Assembly: GCA_051294375.1 (NCBI GenBank) | Contig: CM119263.1 | Location: 1,554,535-1,618,534 of the forward strand | Length of the DNA stretch: 64,000 nt | Reading direction: 5' to 3' | DNA from: Paraspadella gotoi | Lineage: Eukaryota; Animalia; Chaetognatha | In this document: piece by piece, positions 50,643 through 63,924 of the stretch | How positions within the stretch are numbered: position 1 is the stretch's first letter | Layout: the number at the start of each line of letters is the position of its first letter | Made by a program: the position numbers and the translations under genes | The notes under the pieces: model-generated | What the model saw: only the letters and a program-made list of their open reading frames with translations | The model's database searches: none | What the model was told of the DNA's origin: nothing

Positions 50643-52140
50643 AAAAGAGAAAGAAAGAAGAATTTCCCTCAATTTGTCCGAAAAAGCAATTATCGATGAG
50701 TTTCACCACGAAAATGTATTTCGTTTGCACGATTTATAGGTTAGTCATTTGTCAATCAGAGTCTCGGTTTGTTTGAATAAAAAAACTACGAACGACTTTG
50801 TTTTCGGTTGCTAATTTAATGGTTTCTTGCTTTCACATTTCTTCTTTATTTAAGACGCACGCAGGCGTTCCAAAGAGATGCAACCCACATCTGCAAGCAA
50901 GAGGCATAAAAAACTCGCAAAAGAAACCATGCGTCTGATGCAACCAGCTGAGACATCGGCTGCGTTATGAAAACCTTATTTGATTCGGCAAACTATCTCT
51001 CTTCGTACTGCTCTCATCTCCAGTCCTCATCGTCCTGCCTGGCTCTCATGCTCTCCAGTCTCTCTCCTCATCTCTCGTCTCTCTGTCGTGCATGCTTCTC
51101 TCTCCTCTGCTCGTCTTCTTCAATGCGGCGCTGAGCGGAGTAGAAATATAGCTTGAGTCCTGAATTGGCATGTTTAATTTGACTTGCTCTCTCAATCGTA
51201 TCTTTACTTACTTTCTCGCCTCTCTCCTCTTTGTCTCTGCTCGGAAAAGAGAACGTATTCTGACTTTAAATTTGATGCCCTCGCCGGCGAATTCGGCCTG
51301 GAGTTTCCCGTCTCTGGTCTCTCTTCTCTGCTGTGCTCTCTCTCATCTCTCTCTGCTCTCGTCGATCATCTCGTCGTCTCTCTGTCGTCTCTCGTCTCTG
51401 CTCTTCCTCTCATCGCCTCATCTTTTTCATAGCATCTGTTTTTTGTTATGCGCTGTTTACCCGCCACTATTCTTTTTAAAATCCCTTTCAGCGCTCCGTA
51501 CCTCTCAGAGAGAGATGACGATATTAAAACCTAATCTCTCTCTCTCTCTCTCCATCTCGCTCTGCTCTCATCTCTCATCATTTCGTTCTCTCTCATTGCG
51601 GATCTTTCTCTCGTCTCCATGCCATCGTTCTTTGCGGTCTCGTCTCTGCTCGTATCTCCGGTCAGGTCGAGGTATTCTGCTCTCTCGTTCGTCTTTTCCA
51701 TACATCTGCTTGCTCTCTCTCTCTACATCTCTCTCTCTCTCTATCTGCTTCCTCTCATCTCTAAGCTCTCCTCATCTCTCGGCTCTGCTCTCTCTCTCTC
51801 TTCACTGTCCGGCTCGGTGCTTGTGCCATAGCTAACATACTTTGCTGAAATTATTACATTCGGCATATGATTTAGGTGCGAGATTGCAGATCTCTCTCAG
51901 TTGTTTCATCTTTAACGAAAAACAGAAATAAAAATAAATCAAAATAAGAAAAAAATCCCGGGCACGAAAAACAAAGGAGGCAGTGAATCAGACGGAATTG
52001 GTTCCACGCATGCGCAAACACGCAACGAGTCACGTGATCCACTGTCCTTGCGTCAGAATTCATTTGCATTCAGGAGGAGAAAAAAACAGGGAAATGAAGA
52101 CTGGGAGTCGGAAGGAAAGAGACGCTGCCCGAGGGATGGA

Positions 52141-52180
<40 letters not shown>

Positions 52181-52271
52181 GGATAAAAAAAGTCAAGGAT
52201 GAAAGAAAAAATAAGAAACGTGATCCTCTCTGTGACTCAGATGAAAAAAAAATCAGAGAAAATGAAACAAG

Positions 52272-52302
<31 letters not shown>

Positions 52303-52384
52303 ACATAATAATAAAAACAAAATCAATTTTTAAAGTGAGAAAATTATGTAGGTGGCGAATGAGAAAACCAGAAGATTAAGAAAT

Positions 52385-52466
52385 AGAAGAAGAAGAAGAA
52401 GAAGAAGAAGAAGAAGAAGAAGAAGAAGAAGAAGAAGAAGAAGAAGAAGAAGAAGAAGAAGAAGAA
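52385..52466. repeat. (GAA)n microsatellite
   Basis: Direct reading; it abuts the family C element. Confidence 0.95.
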
Positions 52467-52781
52467 CGGTAGTTCCAATGTGTCGCGCCGACTCTAACTT
52501 TCTTTTACATGTGTTTTTTAGACACGCACTGCATCGGAATTCCATCTTTTTTTTATTTTTATACAGAAAGATAACGCTAGATTCGAAGTTCGTGAATAGG
52601 ATATACGGTATTTGCACGTTAAAGTTCTTACGTTACTTTACTTTCATACCAAATATAAACTAAATTGATGAAGCATTACCTGAGTTATACATATTTTTAA
52701 TGTCAGTGGGACAGATAGATAGACAAACCGATCGACTGACCGACCGACCGACCAAATACTTCGCGGCTCCGCGACTAAAAA
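52462..52781. mobile_element. Non-autonomous Helentron/HINE-like element, family C copy 2
   Basis: aagaacggtagttccaatgtgtcgcgccg start, (GACC)n tract, terminal hairpin tcgcggctccgcga followed by ctaaaaa. Confidence 0.6.
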
Positions 52782-54021
52782 TAAGAGAAGCAAGAGGACA
52801 TTTTTGATCAAAGGTTTCCGCGGGGGCTTTGAGGAAGAAGCCAAAGGATCAACCTTCACGTCGAAGAAAGAAGGAAATTGGTTTTTCGGAAACTATGGGT
52901 TGTTGGGGGAGGGGGGGGGAAGAAGTGGGAGGAGGAGGAGGAGGAGGAGGAGGAAGTGGGAGAGGAATGAGGAGTCGAGGTTTTTCAGACGAAATTAAAG
53001 GCGACGATAAAACCGCGCGAAATTGATGTCGGACGGAAAGATGAGCGTCAAAGAGTGAAGGAAGGTGAAGGAAGACCGACAAAAGAAGGGAGAGAACCGA
53101 CAAAGGGAGACGGGAGACCGACAAAAGAAGGGAGAGGACCGACAAAGGGAGACGGGAGACCGACAAAAGCCGCTGTGGAGATGTAGAAATAAAATGACGG
53201 AAAGGATAAACAATGAAAAGAATGTTAAGAAATAAGGAGAATTTGCATCATTGTAGTTGCTAAAACTATTGAAATATGATATGAGGTATCCAAGATTGAT
53301 AAAAAACTAAAGAGCAAATTGAAATAAATAAAAACAAGAATCATGAAATAATAAAGTGAGGGAAGGCGGAGCAACAAGTTTTCGCAGCAAACAATGTCGG
53401 CATCTGCCTACGATCAATTAATAATTATTGCATTAAATTATATTAATCTAATTAGGATTAATATATCTAATTATATAGATTAATTAATTCAATTAGATTA
53501 ATAGGATTACAATTAATTATTACATCTATAGATTTAATTTATAATTTATATCTCAGCTTTCTGTTGTCATCCATCCGCCATGTCCTTCAAAAATTCGACG
53601 TCATGACAGTTTATAAATGTTTGTTTACATTTTATTCCAAACCAAAACAAAGTGACTATCCCTCGTATCTATCGGAGCCATGGGTCCGGGCCTAAGCCCG
53701 GTCCTGTCTGAGATTTTTTTTTTCGGTTTAAGCTTCGCGTCTCGCTTTTTGCAATCATGCGTGCTTCTGGAAAGTTGATATCTATAGGTACGTTGGAATT
53801 TTCATATATGCGCTTCTAATCGATCAAGAATCTTTTAAAATTTCTCGAGCTTTCATATCAATATTGTATTTCGTTTATGTTTTATTTTACAAAACAAAAA
53901 CGGTTTTAAGCTATAATGTCGCTCTTCTCTCTCTCTCTCTTTTTTCCGGTTCCGCGTCCACTGCATTCTCTCTAAAAAACGCATGTTCCTTGGCTCTTGC
54001 AGCGTCCTGTCCAGCGTTCTT

Positions 54022-54065
<44 letters not shown>

Positions 54066-54082
54066 CAAAAAATTTTTAGATA

Positions 54083-54164
54083 GTAATTGGTGGGTTCACT
54101 AATGGTAAAAAACTCCACGTACCCGCCGAACAGGGCCGGCGGGCCCCGAAACCCGGCGGTTGCG
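54083..54164 (+). pseudogene. Highly degraded tRNA-Gly-like sequence
   Basis: attggtgg-ttca..tggtaaaa..ctc...agggcc..cggg..cga..cccggc..tgc is colinear with tRNA-Gly(GCC) blocks. No intact B box or anticodon arm, and the region is noisy. Confidence 0.3.
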
Positions 54165-55178
54165 CTGTTGGCTAGAGAATAAGCTCACGCTACGGTGTCG
54201 CGCCATAAGATACCTAGCTGATTTCTTTAAACGAGTCAAAAGGGGCTGTAGAGCTTAGTCTCTCTCTCTCTCTTTTAATTCATCTACATAAATAATCGCT
54301 CCCTTTCTCTTTTTTCGCTCCTGCCAGCGGCTGTCTCTCTACTCTCTCCTTCGTCTTTTTCTCTCTCTCTCTCGTTGTCTCTCTGTCTCTCTGTGTGTGG
54401 TCTTGTCCTCTATTCTGTCCGATCTTCTTGCGTGCATTCGCTTCGTGCTTTTGTTGAAAAATTTCTAGATTAATATTTTTTCCTTCTAAAAACTTTTTAT
54501 TATTGCACATTCTATTCCTCCGCTTTTTTTCAATACAAAATCCCACTATTTTCATCGCGAGATTTTCGTGGATTTATTCTCTTTCTTTCTTTCCGCTCTC
54601 TCTCTCTCTCCCTCTCTCTCTCGCATCTTTTCTCTCTCTCTCTCTTTCTTTCTCTCTCCTCTTTCCTGCTCTTCTCTCTCTCTCTCTCTTCTCTCATTTC
54701 ACTCATACACGCATTTGTTTGTTTTATGAACTATCATCGCATGACATGAATGACATATCATCGCCATCAATGTAAATGACAATCATCGCCATCAACTGCG
54801 AATGACTATCATCGACAGCATTGATCGATCTATCATCCGCCGCACTCAATAATTGATTATCGATCGAAATCAAATACTCAATTCTAATTACAAATCATAA
54901 AATTACCCTACTTACAAAATCAAATCAATCTAGTATTACCTCAATTCACGATTACTAGTAACATCCAAACCGAAATTCCGTTATCGCATGTCAAAAATTC
55001 TGGTTTTTTTCCCCGGGTTTTTTCAATTTAATTTCTGCATGAATTTAGTGTGCGGCTCTGGCTCGCATTCTTGACGTTCTTTTAAGATGTTTGTTTATTT
55101 TATGTCTCCCTTCTCTCTCTCTTCCCCGTCTCTCACTCTTCTCTCTTTCCTCTCTCACTCTCTCTCTCTCTCTCACTG

Positions 55179-55210
<32 letters not shown>

Positions 55211-55349
55211 TTTATGCCCAATAGCTGACCGACTCCTTTATGCTTTTTAAAGATTTGTTTCTTTAACTTGCATCTATTTTCAACTTCATAACTTTTCAAA
55301 CTTGCATTCGCGGTCAAAAACTTATGTACATAATCTAGCTTCTTCACGT

Positions 55350-56666
55350 TCACGTTCCTACCGCCGCCTCACAAATTTCAATCTTCAATCTAATCAATGG
55401 CTGTTAAAATAAATAAAAAGAATTCAAGGTTAAATGTGATACAAAATAATTTTTCTTTCATTTTAGATACTCATTTCCCATCTGCGTACGTTTCCAACTG
55501 AAAAACTTTTATATCAAGCTTCGTCATCAACACTATTGCCGTTTTCCCTTACCCACACACAAATTTCAACCTCCAATCTTAATCCAAAGTCCAATTTATG
55601 ACCCTTAATTGGAGTATTATTGGCTTAAAATAAAAGCTAAAAAAGATTTTAGTAAATTCGAACTTATGTTTTTTTCCATTTAAAAACTAAATTCCCACTC
55701 AGCACGATTCCATCGAAAACTTTTTATATCCAGGCCTTGTATTCACACAACTTCTCCTACCCACACACAAAATGTCTAATTTCCATCCAAAACCAGCCAA
55801 TCAACGAGTTAGTATTTGGGAGCTTTTTTTGCCTCTAAGATGGCGACGGCATGGTACGGATTGCAAAATTAGACTTAATTAATTAACCTTATTGAGTTAA
55901 TTCTATTTCACTAATTGATTAATTTAACTGCATTAATTATTTTGATGTTATTTAACTACATCCTGCAGCATACCATATCTGAATATTAAAAGGAAAAAAG
56001 AAGCATCACATCAATTAGTATAACAACAGATGGGTTTTATTTTGTTTTTCCATAAACTCCAATTTCCACTCCAAACTATTCCTCAACATCGCAAACTTGA
56101 TTTCCTCGTTCAATCACCACTCACTTGTCCTACCCACATACCCAAATTCCAGTGTGTCAATCAAGCCCCATCCACTCGAATGAGGCCAATTTGGTTCTTC
56201 AAATAGTGAATATATTTTTTTTTGTTTTTTTCCATCTTAAACTCAGTTTCCCACTCGACTGCATTCCACTCGCAAACTTGAAATCATCCAGCTCATTCAC
56301 CACATCTTACCTTATCGCACAACACAAACATTTCCATTTAAATCCTATCCTATCCGAATCACCGCAGTACTTTTGGTCGTTTTTTTTGCTAAGGGTTCGG
56401 GACGGCACGGCACGTGACCGGAGCGTACAGCACAGACGGACGGGACTACGGACATTCATCCCTTTTTTTTGCATGACATTTATCGATAATTTCGCAATGT
56501 TCTGACATGATTTATCAAGTCGTGTGCCCGACAATATTTGATGTGCGGATCTGCGGAAGCCTGCACACGGAACCCGAATAAAACCGTGTGGGGAGTGTCA
56601 TTAAAAAGATGTCGACAGTTCATAGAGGTCGGGATCTGCTTGATAAAGCAGATCGACTAATAAAAA
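55350..56666. mobile_element. HINE/Pearl-like element, family D copy 2, with tandem core repeats (noisy sequence)
   Basis: Core ctacccacacac aaatttc recurs near 55550, 55757, 56130 and 56310. GACG tracts occur, and the terminal hairpin gatctgct-tgataa-agcagatc is followed by gactaataaaaa. Confidence 0.5.
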
Positions 56667-59634
56667 TCTTAAATAAAGAAACAAAATTTGTTCAGCAAAT
56701 AGAATGATGTAGAGAATAAAATTTGACGCCAGATTACGAAAGATGAGCGCAGGAGGACTATGATGTAGGACCGAGAGCACCGAGCAAAGAGATGAACCGA
56801 GATGAGAGTGCAAGAGAAGACGGAGCAGACGACAGATGGACGACCGACCGAGACCCGTCGGAGAGAGAGAAGAGAGAGAGAGAGAAGAGAGAAGAGAAGA
56901 GAAGAGAAGTAAGATGGTAAGACACGACTGCTCAAGGCAGAGCAAAAAAAAAATGACAACGAAAGGACACCAATACTAAAAAAAGAAAAGTGCTAAAAGA
57001 AAAAAAAAAGAGGAAAGGAAAAGACGCGTCAATATCGCGAAATGAACGAGCCCGACGAGATACAATGGCGTCTAAAGTGATGAGCAGACGAAGGAAAGAT
57101 GCGGTACGTGCTGTGGTTGAAGGAATGAGGAGGCAGAGGAGCAGGAAGAAAGACGATGGATGCAGCACTTACGGTGGCTTTGGAGGAGGAGGTAGACTCA
57201 ATCTTTCCGAAATCAAGGCCACTCCTCCTTCGAATGACAAGATTTTTCGTTGGGCGCACGCAAACGAGAAAAGCTAACCGCCCACCGCACAAGCCTGCGC
57301 CGCCGCTCGCCGCGCACGCGCCCGCCGCTCGCCCGCCGCCCACCAGTCCGCCCCACTAACCGTCACTTCCTTTTGTCTTCATCGCGCAGTTTTCAAATCA
57401 CCGGGCCTCCCTTCCATCCATTCACTCGTATCTCGCCCTCTCGGCTTCCTCTCTCTCTCTCTTCTCTCGTCTTGTCTCTCTCTCTCCTCTTTCTCTCATC
57501 TCTCTCGTCTCTCCTCTCCTCGTCATGCTCTCTCATAATTCACAATCACACGTTTTTCCTCTTCCGCTTCTGTTCCATATTTTTTATTTCTCTCTCTTAT
57601 CAGTGCCAATGGCGCATCGTGTCTCTGAAAGGTTCCAGGCATCGTGGAGGCAGAGAGACACGCCCATTGTCACGTCGCGTGTGACGATTCTGCTTCATGT
57701 ATGAAACGTCAAATCTTTCCTCGCCATATATTCTGCTTCGTCTCTCTCGTGCGATTCGTCCGGCCACGCCCATTTCCGTCCGCTCGACCGACCTTGAGTC
57801 TTGTCCCCCCCTTTCAGCACTCCGCCGTTCCTTACCTTGACGACGCCTCCGCCCTGTATCTCTCACCTTCGACCCTTACTTTCGCTTCTCACCTCTGCCC
57901 CTTACCCTCCTCGGGGTCGTCCTCTCTTAATGAACCCACTTTTTCTCTTCCTCCTCCTCTTACTCCTCCTCCTCCTCCTCCTCCTTTCTCTGTTTTCGTC
58001 CTCCTAATTTCATTCACCTCAAACAAACGACTTTTTTTTTTTGACCANNNNNNNNNNNNNNNNNNNNNNNNNNNNNNTTTGCCAATGCCCCCTATGAGTA
58101 TGAACGAGCGAAAAAAAAAGAAGAGCATCGACGGAGAAATGAAGTGAAATGCCAAACACCATAAAAAGGGATTTGGCATTATCTCGGAATGACCCATGAA
58201 GGATGCAGCCTTATCGACTTGGAGAAACTTCATTGGATTCTCACTAGAGATAAAGAATGACATCAATAATAATTATTCAAATAACACTAGTAATTTGGTA
58301 GCGAAATGGACAGAATTCAACAAATGAACAATGTTCACATTTGGTCAGTGAACGACTCGTGACCACGCATCTCATTTCACTCTTTATTTCCCGCCAAATC
58401 GCATTTCCGGGAAAAGATTTTCTGCTGTTTACCGTCGACGAAAATATGGCGNNNNNNNNNNNNNNNNNNNNNNNNNNNNNNNNNNNNNNNNNNNNNNNNN
58501 NNNNNNNNNNNNNNNNNNNNNNNNNNNNNNNNNNNNNNNNNNNNNNNNNNNNNNNNNNNNNNNNNNNNNNNNNNNNNNNNNNNNNNNNNNNNNNNNNNNN
58601 NNNNNNNNNNNNNNNNNNNNNNNNNNNNNNNNNNNNNNNNNNNNNNNNCGGCGTCGGCAGCGGCGTCCGCAGCTTCCCGTCACGACGTCCATTCTCACTC
58701 CATGAAGTATGCATAAAGAATCAGGGATAAAAGTCTTTTACGAGACGACGACGCCTCTGGTCTCTGGTCTTTGGCTCGCTTTCTCATCGGGGTTTCGCCT
58801 GAGGGACTCCAAGTCTAAAACCCGTTTAAGAGTCNNNNNNNNNNNNNNNNNNNNNNNNNNNNNNNNNNNNNNNNNNNNNNNNNNNNNNNNNNNNNNNNNN
58901 NNNNNNNNNNNNNNNNNNNNNNNNNNNNNNNNNNNNNNNNNNNNNNNNNNNNNNNNNNNNNNNNNNNNNNNNNNNNNNNNNNNNNNNNNNNNNNNNNNNN
59001 NNNNNNNNNNNNNNNNNNNNNNNNNNNNNNNNNNNNNNNNNNNNNNNNNNNNNNNNNNNNNNNNNNNNNNNNNNNNNNAAAGGTTTCCGATCTTTGCTTC
59101 TTTTTCCTTCCTCCAATTTTTTTTGGGTCAAAATCGTTTCTCTTTTTTTTTTCTTTTTTTTTCTCTTAAAATGATATTTTTTACATTAAATTATCTTAAA
59201 AAAAAAAGAGAAAAGTTTCGTCCCTGAACTTAAACATAACGAAAGTCATCTTATCTCAAGTAGAGAAGCGAAGACTTCATTCTTTTTTATATCTTCATCG
59301 ATTTTTTCCTCATAAAAAATGGCATAAAACGAGTTTTTATGACTCATTTTAAGGACGAGGATTTTTCTTTCTACCTTACCTCTTTCGCCTTACCTTCTTA
59401 CTTATTTTTACTTACCCTCCTTCAACCTGTCGCCTGATCCACATTAACATTTCTATTCTTAATCCTTTCTTTTTTTCCCGTTCGATTCGATTTGCTTTTC
59501 TACCTTTCTTTTTCTTTTCCCTTTTTTTCTTTTCCCTTCTTCACTTGCCCCTCCTCTCTTTTTTTCCTCTCTCAACGGGATTCCCCCTTTTTCCATGCCA
59601 AGGCCGTCGGAATTACCTTCAGTGAGAGGGGACG

Positions 59635-59692
<58 letters not shown>

Positions 59693-60398
59693 AGAGAGAA
59701 AGGACGACGACTTTTTCACGGTTTTCGCGTCAAAAATTCCTCCGCCGGAAAAGTGACCCTCCTTCTAAGGTCGAAGCGGGAATTTTCCGGTTTCCGCCCT
59801 CAACATCCTAATCACAGCCATCATCACCAGCGCCGTTCACACCAGCGCACTTTAACTCACTTTCACTTTCCCGCCATCTCACAAAACTCACCATTTCTTT
59901 CAACTCGCCTTCTTCTTTCTAAGCTTCAACCAAAGATATAGTGATATAGCCTGTGCAGAGTCACGGAAATTGATAATTTTAGTATTGGTTGTATCTTATT
60001 TGAATATTAAATAGTTTGTTCTTTTTTTTATTGTGCCGAAGCCTCGATTTTAGTTTGTTTTTTATGTAACAAATTAAAGTCAGATTTGAGTCTGTATAGG
60101 GATTCTTGATCGGAAATACATTATTAAGAAAGCTGCGAAATCATTAATAGCAAACTCAAGAAAACTCCTTTTTTTATTTTGTAAATTGTGCCTAATCTTT
60201 AATTCGAGGAAAAATTATCAAGCAGCAAAACATTAAAAAATATCGGTTTTTACAAAAGAAAACATTTTTTAAAAATTTTAAAAGGTTTGCTTTTCTTTCT
60301 AAAAATTTCGTGTTTATTTGAACTTTTATTTAGTTCACGTCTTTACTCGAAAATTTTCATAGCTTGATGTTCATTTCTTTCTTTTTTCTTTCGATCTC

Positions 60399-60494
<96 letters not shown>

Positions 60495-60575
60495 TTTTAC
60501 ATTTTTCTCTTAAAATTCCCAAAAGATTTTTTCAAGTAAAATCCCCGAAAATGTTTCTTTTAATAGAAATTTAAT

Positions 60576-60718
60576 ATTGAGAGAGAAAACAAAGTTTTTT
60601 TTGTTTACAAACAATGTAGTTTATTTCTTTAAGTGGACATGTTTAGACTCTTTTTCGAGTCTTCATCATAAACTACATTGTTTGTAAACAAAAAACAAAC
60701 TTTATTTTCTCTCTCAAT
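60576..60718. repeat. Inverted repeat with ~50-bp arms
   Basis: 60576-60624 is almost exactly the reverse complement of 60668-60718. Confidence 0.9.
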
Positions 60719-63584
60719 TTAAAAACGCAACGAAACGAGTCCTTTCACTATGTCTAAAACATTTAAAGCCAATATAATATAAATTTTCTTTCTGGTTTCG
60801 CTTTTTCTCTCTACTTTCACATACTTCCCTCTTCTTTCTTACTTCCCACCCTCTCTCTCTCTCCTCTCTCTCTACTTCTCTCTCCTCTCTCTCTCTTCAT
60901 CCTCCTCTCTCTCTCTCTCTCTCCCCCCCCAACGAATTTCTAAATTGTTCCCGCTGCTAATCTATTTCCAGATTAGACTGAATTTTTCTCTCTTCGCCCC
61001 AATTTGAGGTTCATGAATAAAACAACGAGAAAATCAAATCAAAAAAATTTAACGAGTTTTACTCTCGGGATAAAATTTTTTTCCCTCTGTTTTTCATTAA
61101 TTTTTTAAAATTTAGTTTTCACATGTTAAGTGTGAACAAGGGAGATCAAGCGACAGAAAAGCAACATTCACACAATAATAAATCTCGTTGTGAAAAGAGA
61201 GAAACTATAAAATTGTCTCCTTTCTGTCGATGGCAATGAGTTTTATTATTAATAAGAAACCTCCGTAATTCTATTTTTTCTCACATTTTTTGGCATAATA
61301 ATATCATCCTCTCCCATCATCAGACTCTTATTTCTTTTCTCTCTCTCCTCATCCTTATCTTCCTTATCTTCCTTATTTTCCCCCGGGGACCATTTTTCCA
61401 TTTATTTCATTTTTCCATTTTTTCCATTTTTCCATTTTTCTTTTTTTTTCATTTTTACATTTTTTTCATTTTTTACATTTTTTTCCATTTTTTCGTTTTT
61501 TTCNNNNNNNNNNNNNNNNNNNNNNNNNNNNNNNNNNNNNNNNNNNNNNNNNNNNNNNNNNNNNNNNNNNNNNNNNNNNNNNNNNNNNNNNNNNNNNNNN
61601 NNNNNNNNNNNNNNNNNNNNNNNNNNNNNNNNNNNNNNNNNNNNNNNNNNNNNNNNNNNNNNNNNNNNNNNNNNNNNNNNNNNNNNNNNNNNNNNNNNNN
61701 NNNNNNNNNNNNNNNNNNNNNNNNNNNNNNNNNTTTTCAATTTTTTTTCTCTTTTTCCATTTTTTCCCTTTTTCCATTTTTTCCTCTTTTTCCATTTTTC
61801 TATTTTTTAATTTTTTCCTCATTTTCCATTTTTCCATTTTTCCATTTTTCTACCAAAAAACTGCATCGAAAAATTGCGTCGCGCGTTTTGAAGGAAAAAA
61901 GAAAAAGAAAAAAGAAAAAGTACGAGGATATTTGATATCAAAGAGTAAGGATAAGAGGGTCAGGCTGTGACTGTACTGAGGGTGAGTAAAGTGAAGCGAC
62001 TGACAAGAAATGTTTTAAAAGGCTCTAAACGAATGCAAAAAATAGGCTCTAAACGAATGCCCAAATAATGAACATGAATATTGCTAATCGTTTTTAAACT
62101 TACTAGGTAGCCCGGTAGCAGCCTGATAAAAACTGATAAAAAAGTAATTATGAATTTGAAAGTATTTGATATAATATAATATAGGGAGGTCCAGATATNN
62201 NNNNNNNNNNNNNNNNNNNNNNNNNNNNNNNNNNNNNNNNNNNNNNNNNNNNNNNNNNNNNNNNNNNNNNNNNNNNNNNNNNNNNNNNNNNNNNNNNNNN
62301 NNNNNNNNNNNNNNNNNNNNNNNNNNNNNNNNNNNNNNNNNNNNNNNNNNNNNNNNNNNNNNNNNNNNNNNNNNNNNNNNNNNNNNNNNNNNNNNNNNNN
62401 NNNNNNNNNNNNNNNNNNNNNNNNNNNNNNNNNNNNNNNNNNNNNNNNNNNNNNNNNNNNNNNNNNNNNNNNNNNNNNNNNNNNNNNNNNNNNNNNNNNN
62501 NNNNNNNNNNNNNNNNNNNNNNNNNNNNNNNNNNNNNNNNNNNNNNNNNNNNNNNNNNNNNNNNNNNNNNNNNNNNNNNNNNNNNNNNNNNNNNNNNNNN
62601 NNNNNNNNNNNNNNNNNNNNNNNNNNNNNNNNNNNNNNNNNNNNNNNNNNNNNNNNNNNNNNNNNNNNNNNNNNNNNNNNNNNNNNNNNNNNNNNNNNNN
62701 NNNNNNNNNNNNNNNNNNNNNNNNNNNNNNNNNNNNNNNNNNNNNNNNNNNNNNNNNNNNNNNNNNNNNNNNNNNNNNNNNNNNNNNNNNNNNNNNNNNN
62801 NNNNNNNNNNNNNNNNNNNNNNNNNNNNNNNNNNNNNNNNNNNNNNNNNNNNNNNNNNNNNCATTCTACAAATTGCATCCGCCGTTGCCTCGGACGTTGA
62901 TGCCGACGTCTTCGTCGATGACGAGGATCTGGCGCAGCGCCAACGCGAGGCTCAGAGATAAACGCCAACATCGAGGATCCGATTGGGATTTCAGGCGCCA
63001 TTGACGTCAGCGGGCAAATGACGGCCGGGATAATGAGAAGGAACAGGCGACCTGAAAAAGGNNNNNNNNNNNNNNNNNNNNNNNNNNNNNNNNNNNNNNN
63101 NNNNNNNNNNNNNNNNNNNNNNNNNNNNNNNNNNNNNNNNNNNNNNNNNNNNNNNNNNNNNNNNNNNNNNNNNNNNNNNNNNNNNNNNNNNNNNNNNNNN
63201 NNNNNNNNNNNNNNNNNNNNNNNNNNNNNNNNNNNNNNNNNNNNNNNNNNNNNNNNNNNNNNNNNNNNNNNNNNNNNNNNNNNNNNNCTTGTTTGCATCC
63301 TATATTCGCGACAAATCGTTTGCGATGTCGAGGACTCTTGCATAAATCGAGGTCGACGAGGGAAGCGTGAGTCTGTGAGGAGGTGAGTGAAGGAGGAAAG
63401 GGAAATGTGAGGTGAGGACGAAGGGGAGGAGGAGGAGGAGGAGGAGGAGGAGAAGGGGTCAACGAGGGTGAAGAGTTTGGGTGAGTAAGGTTAGAAGGTG
63501 AGGAATTAAGCGAAGAGGAGGGAAAGGACAAAAAGGGAAAGGGTTAAAAAGGTGAGGAAAGGACAGGGTAAGTTATGGGGAGAT

Positions 63585-63623
<39 letters not shown>

Positions 63624-63749
63624 AAAATTTCAATCACTAAATTTGTACAGAATTCTGATGCAAAAATTGTTGACGAAAAAGTTTATTAACATTTTCAGGA
63701 GGAGAGGAAAAAATTGGAATAAATGTAATATAAGGAGTTGACAATTTAA

Positions 63750-63924
63750 TTCATTCATTCATTAATTAATAATTCATTCATTCATTCATTCATTCATTTA
63801 TTCATTCATTCCTTCATTCATTCATTCATTCATTTATTCATTCATTCATTCATTCATTTATTCATTCATTCATTCATTCATTCATTTATTCATTCATTCA
63901 TTTATTCATTCATTCATTCATTCA
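63750..63924. repeat. (ATTC)n microsatellite
   Basis: Direct reading. Confidence 0.95.

Noticed and set aside
1158-63531. Most ORF-track entries (poly-SL, poly-ER, poly-FLSF, poly-R/S/V, poly-X)
   Set aside because: They are translations of (CT/GA)n, (CTTT)n and (GTC)n microsatellites or N runs, which lack stop codons by construction.
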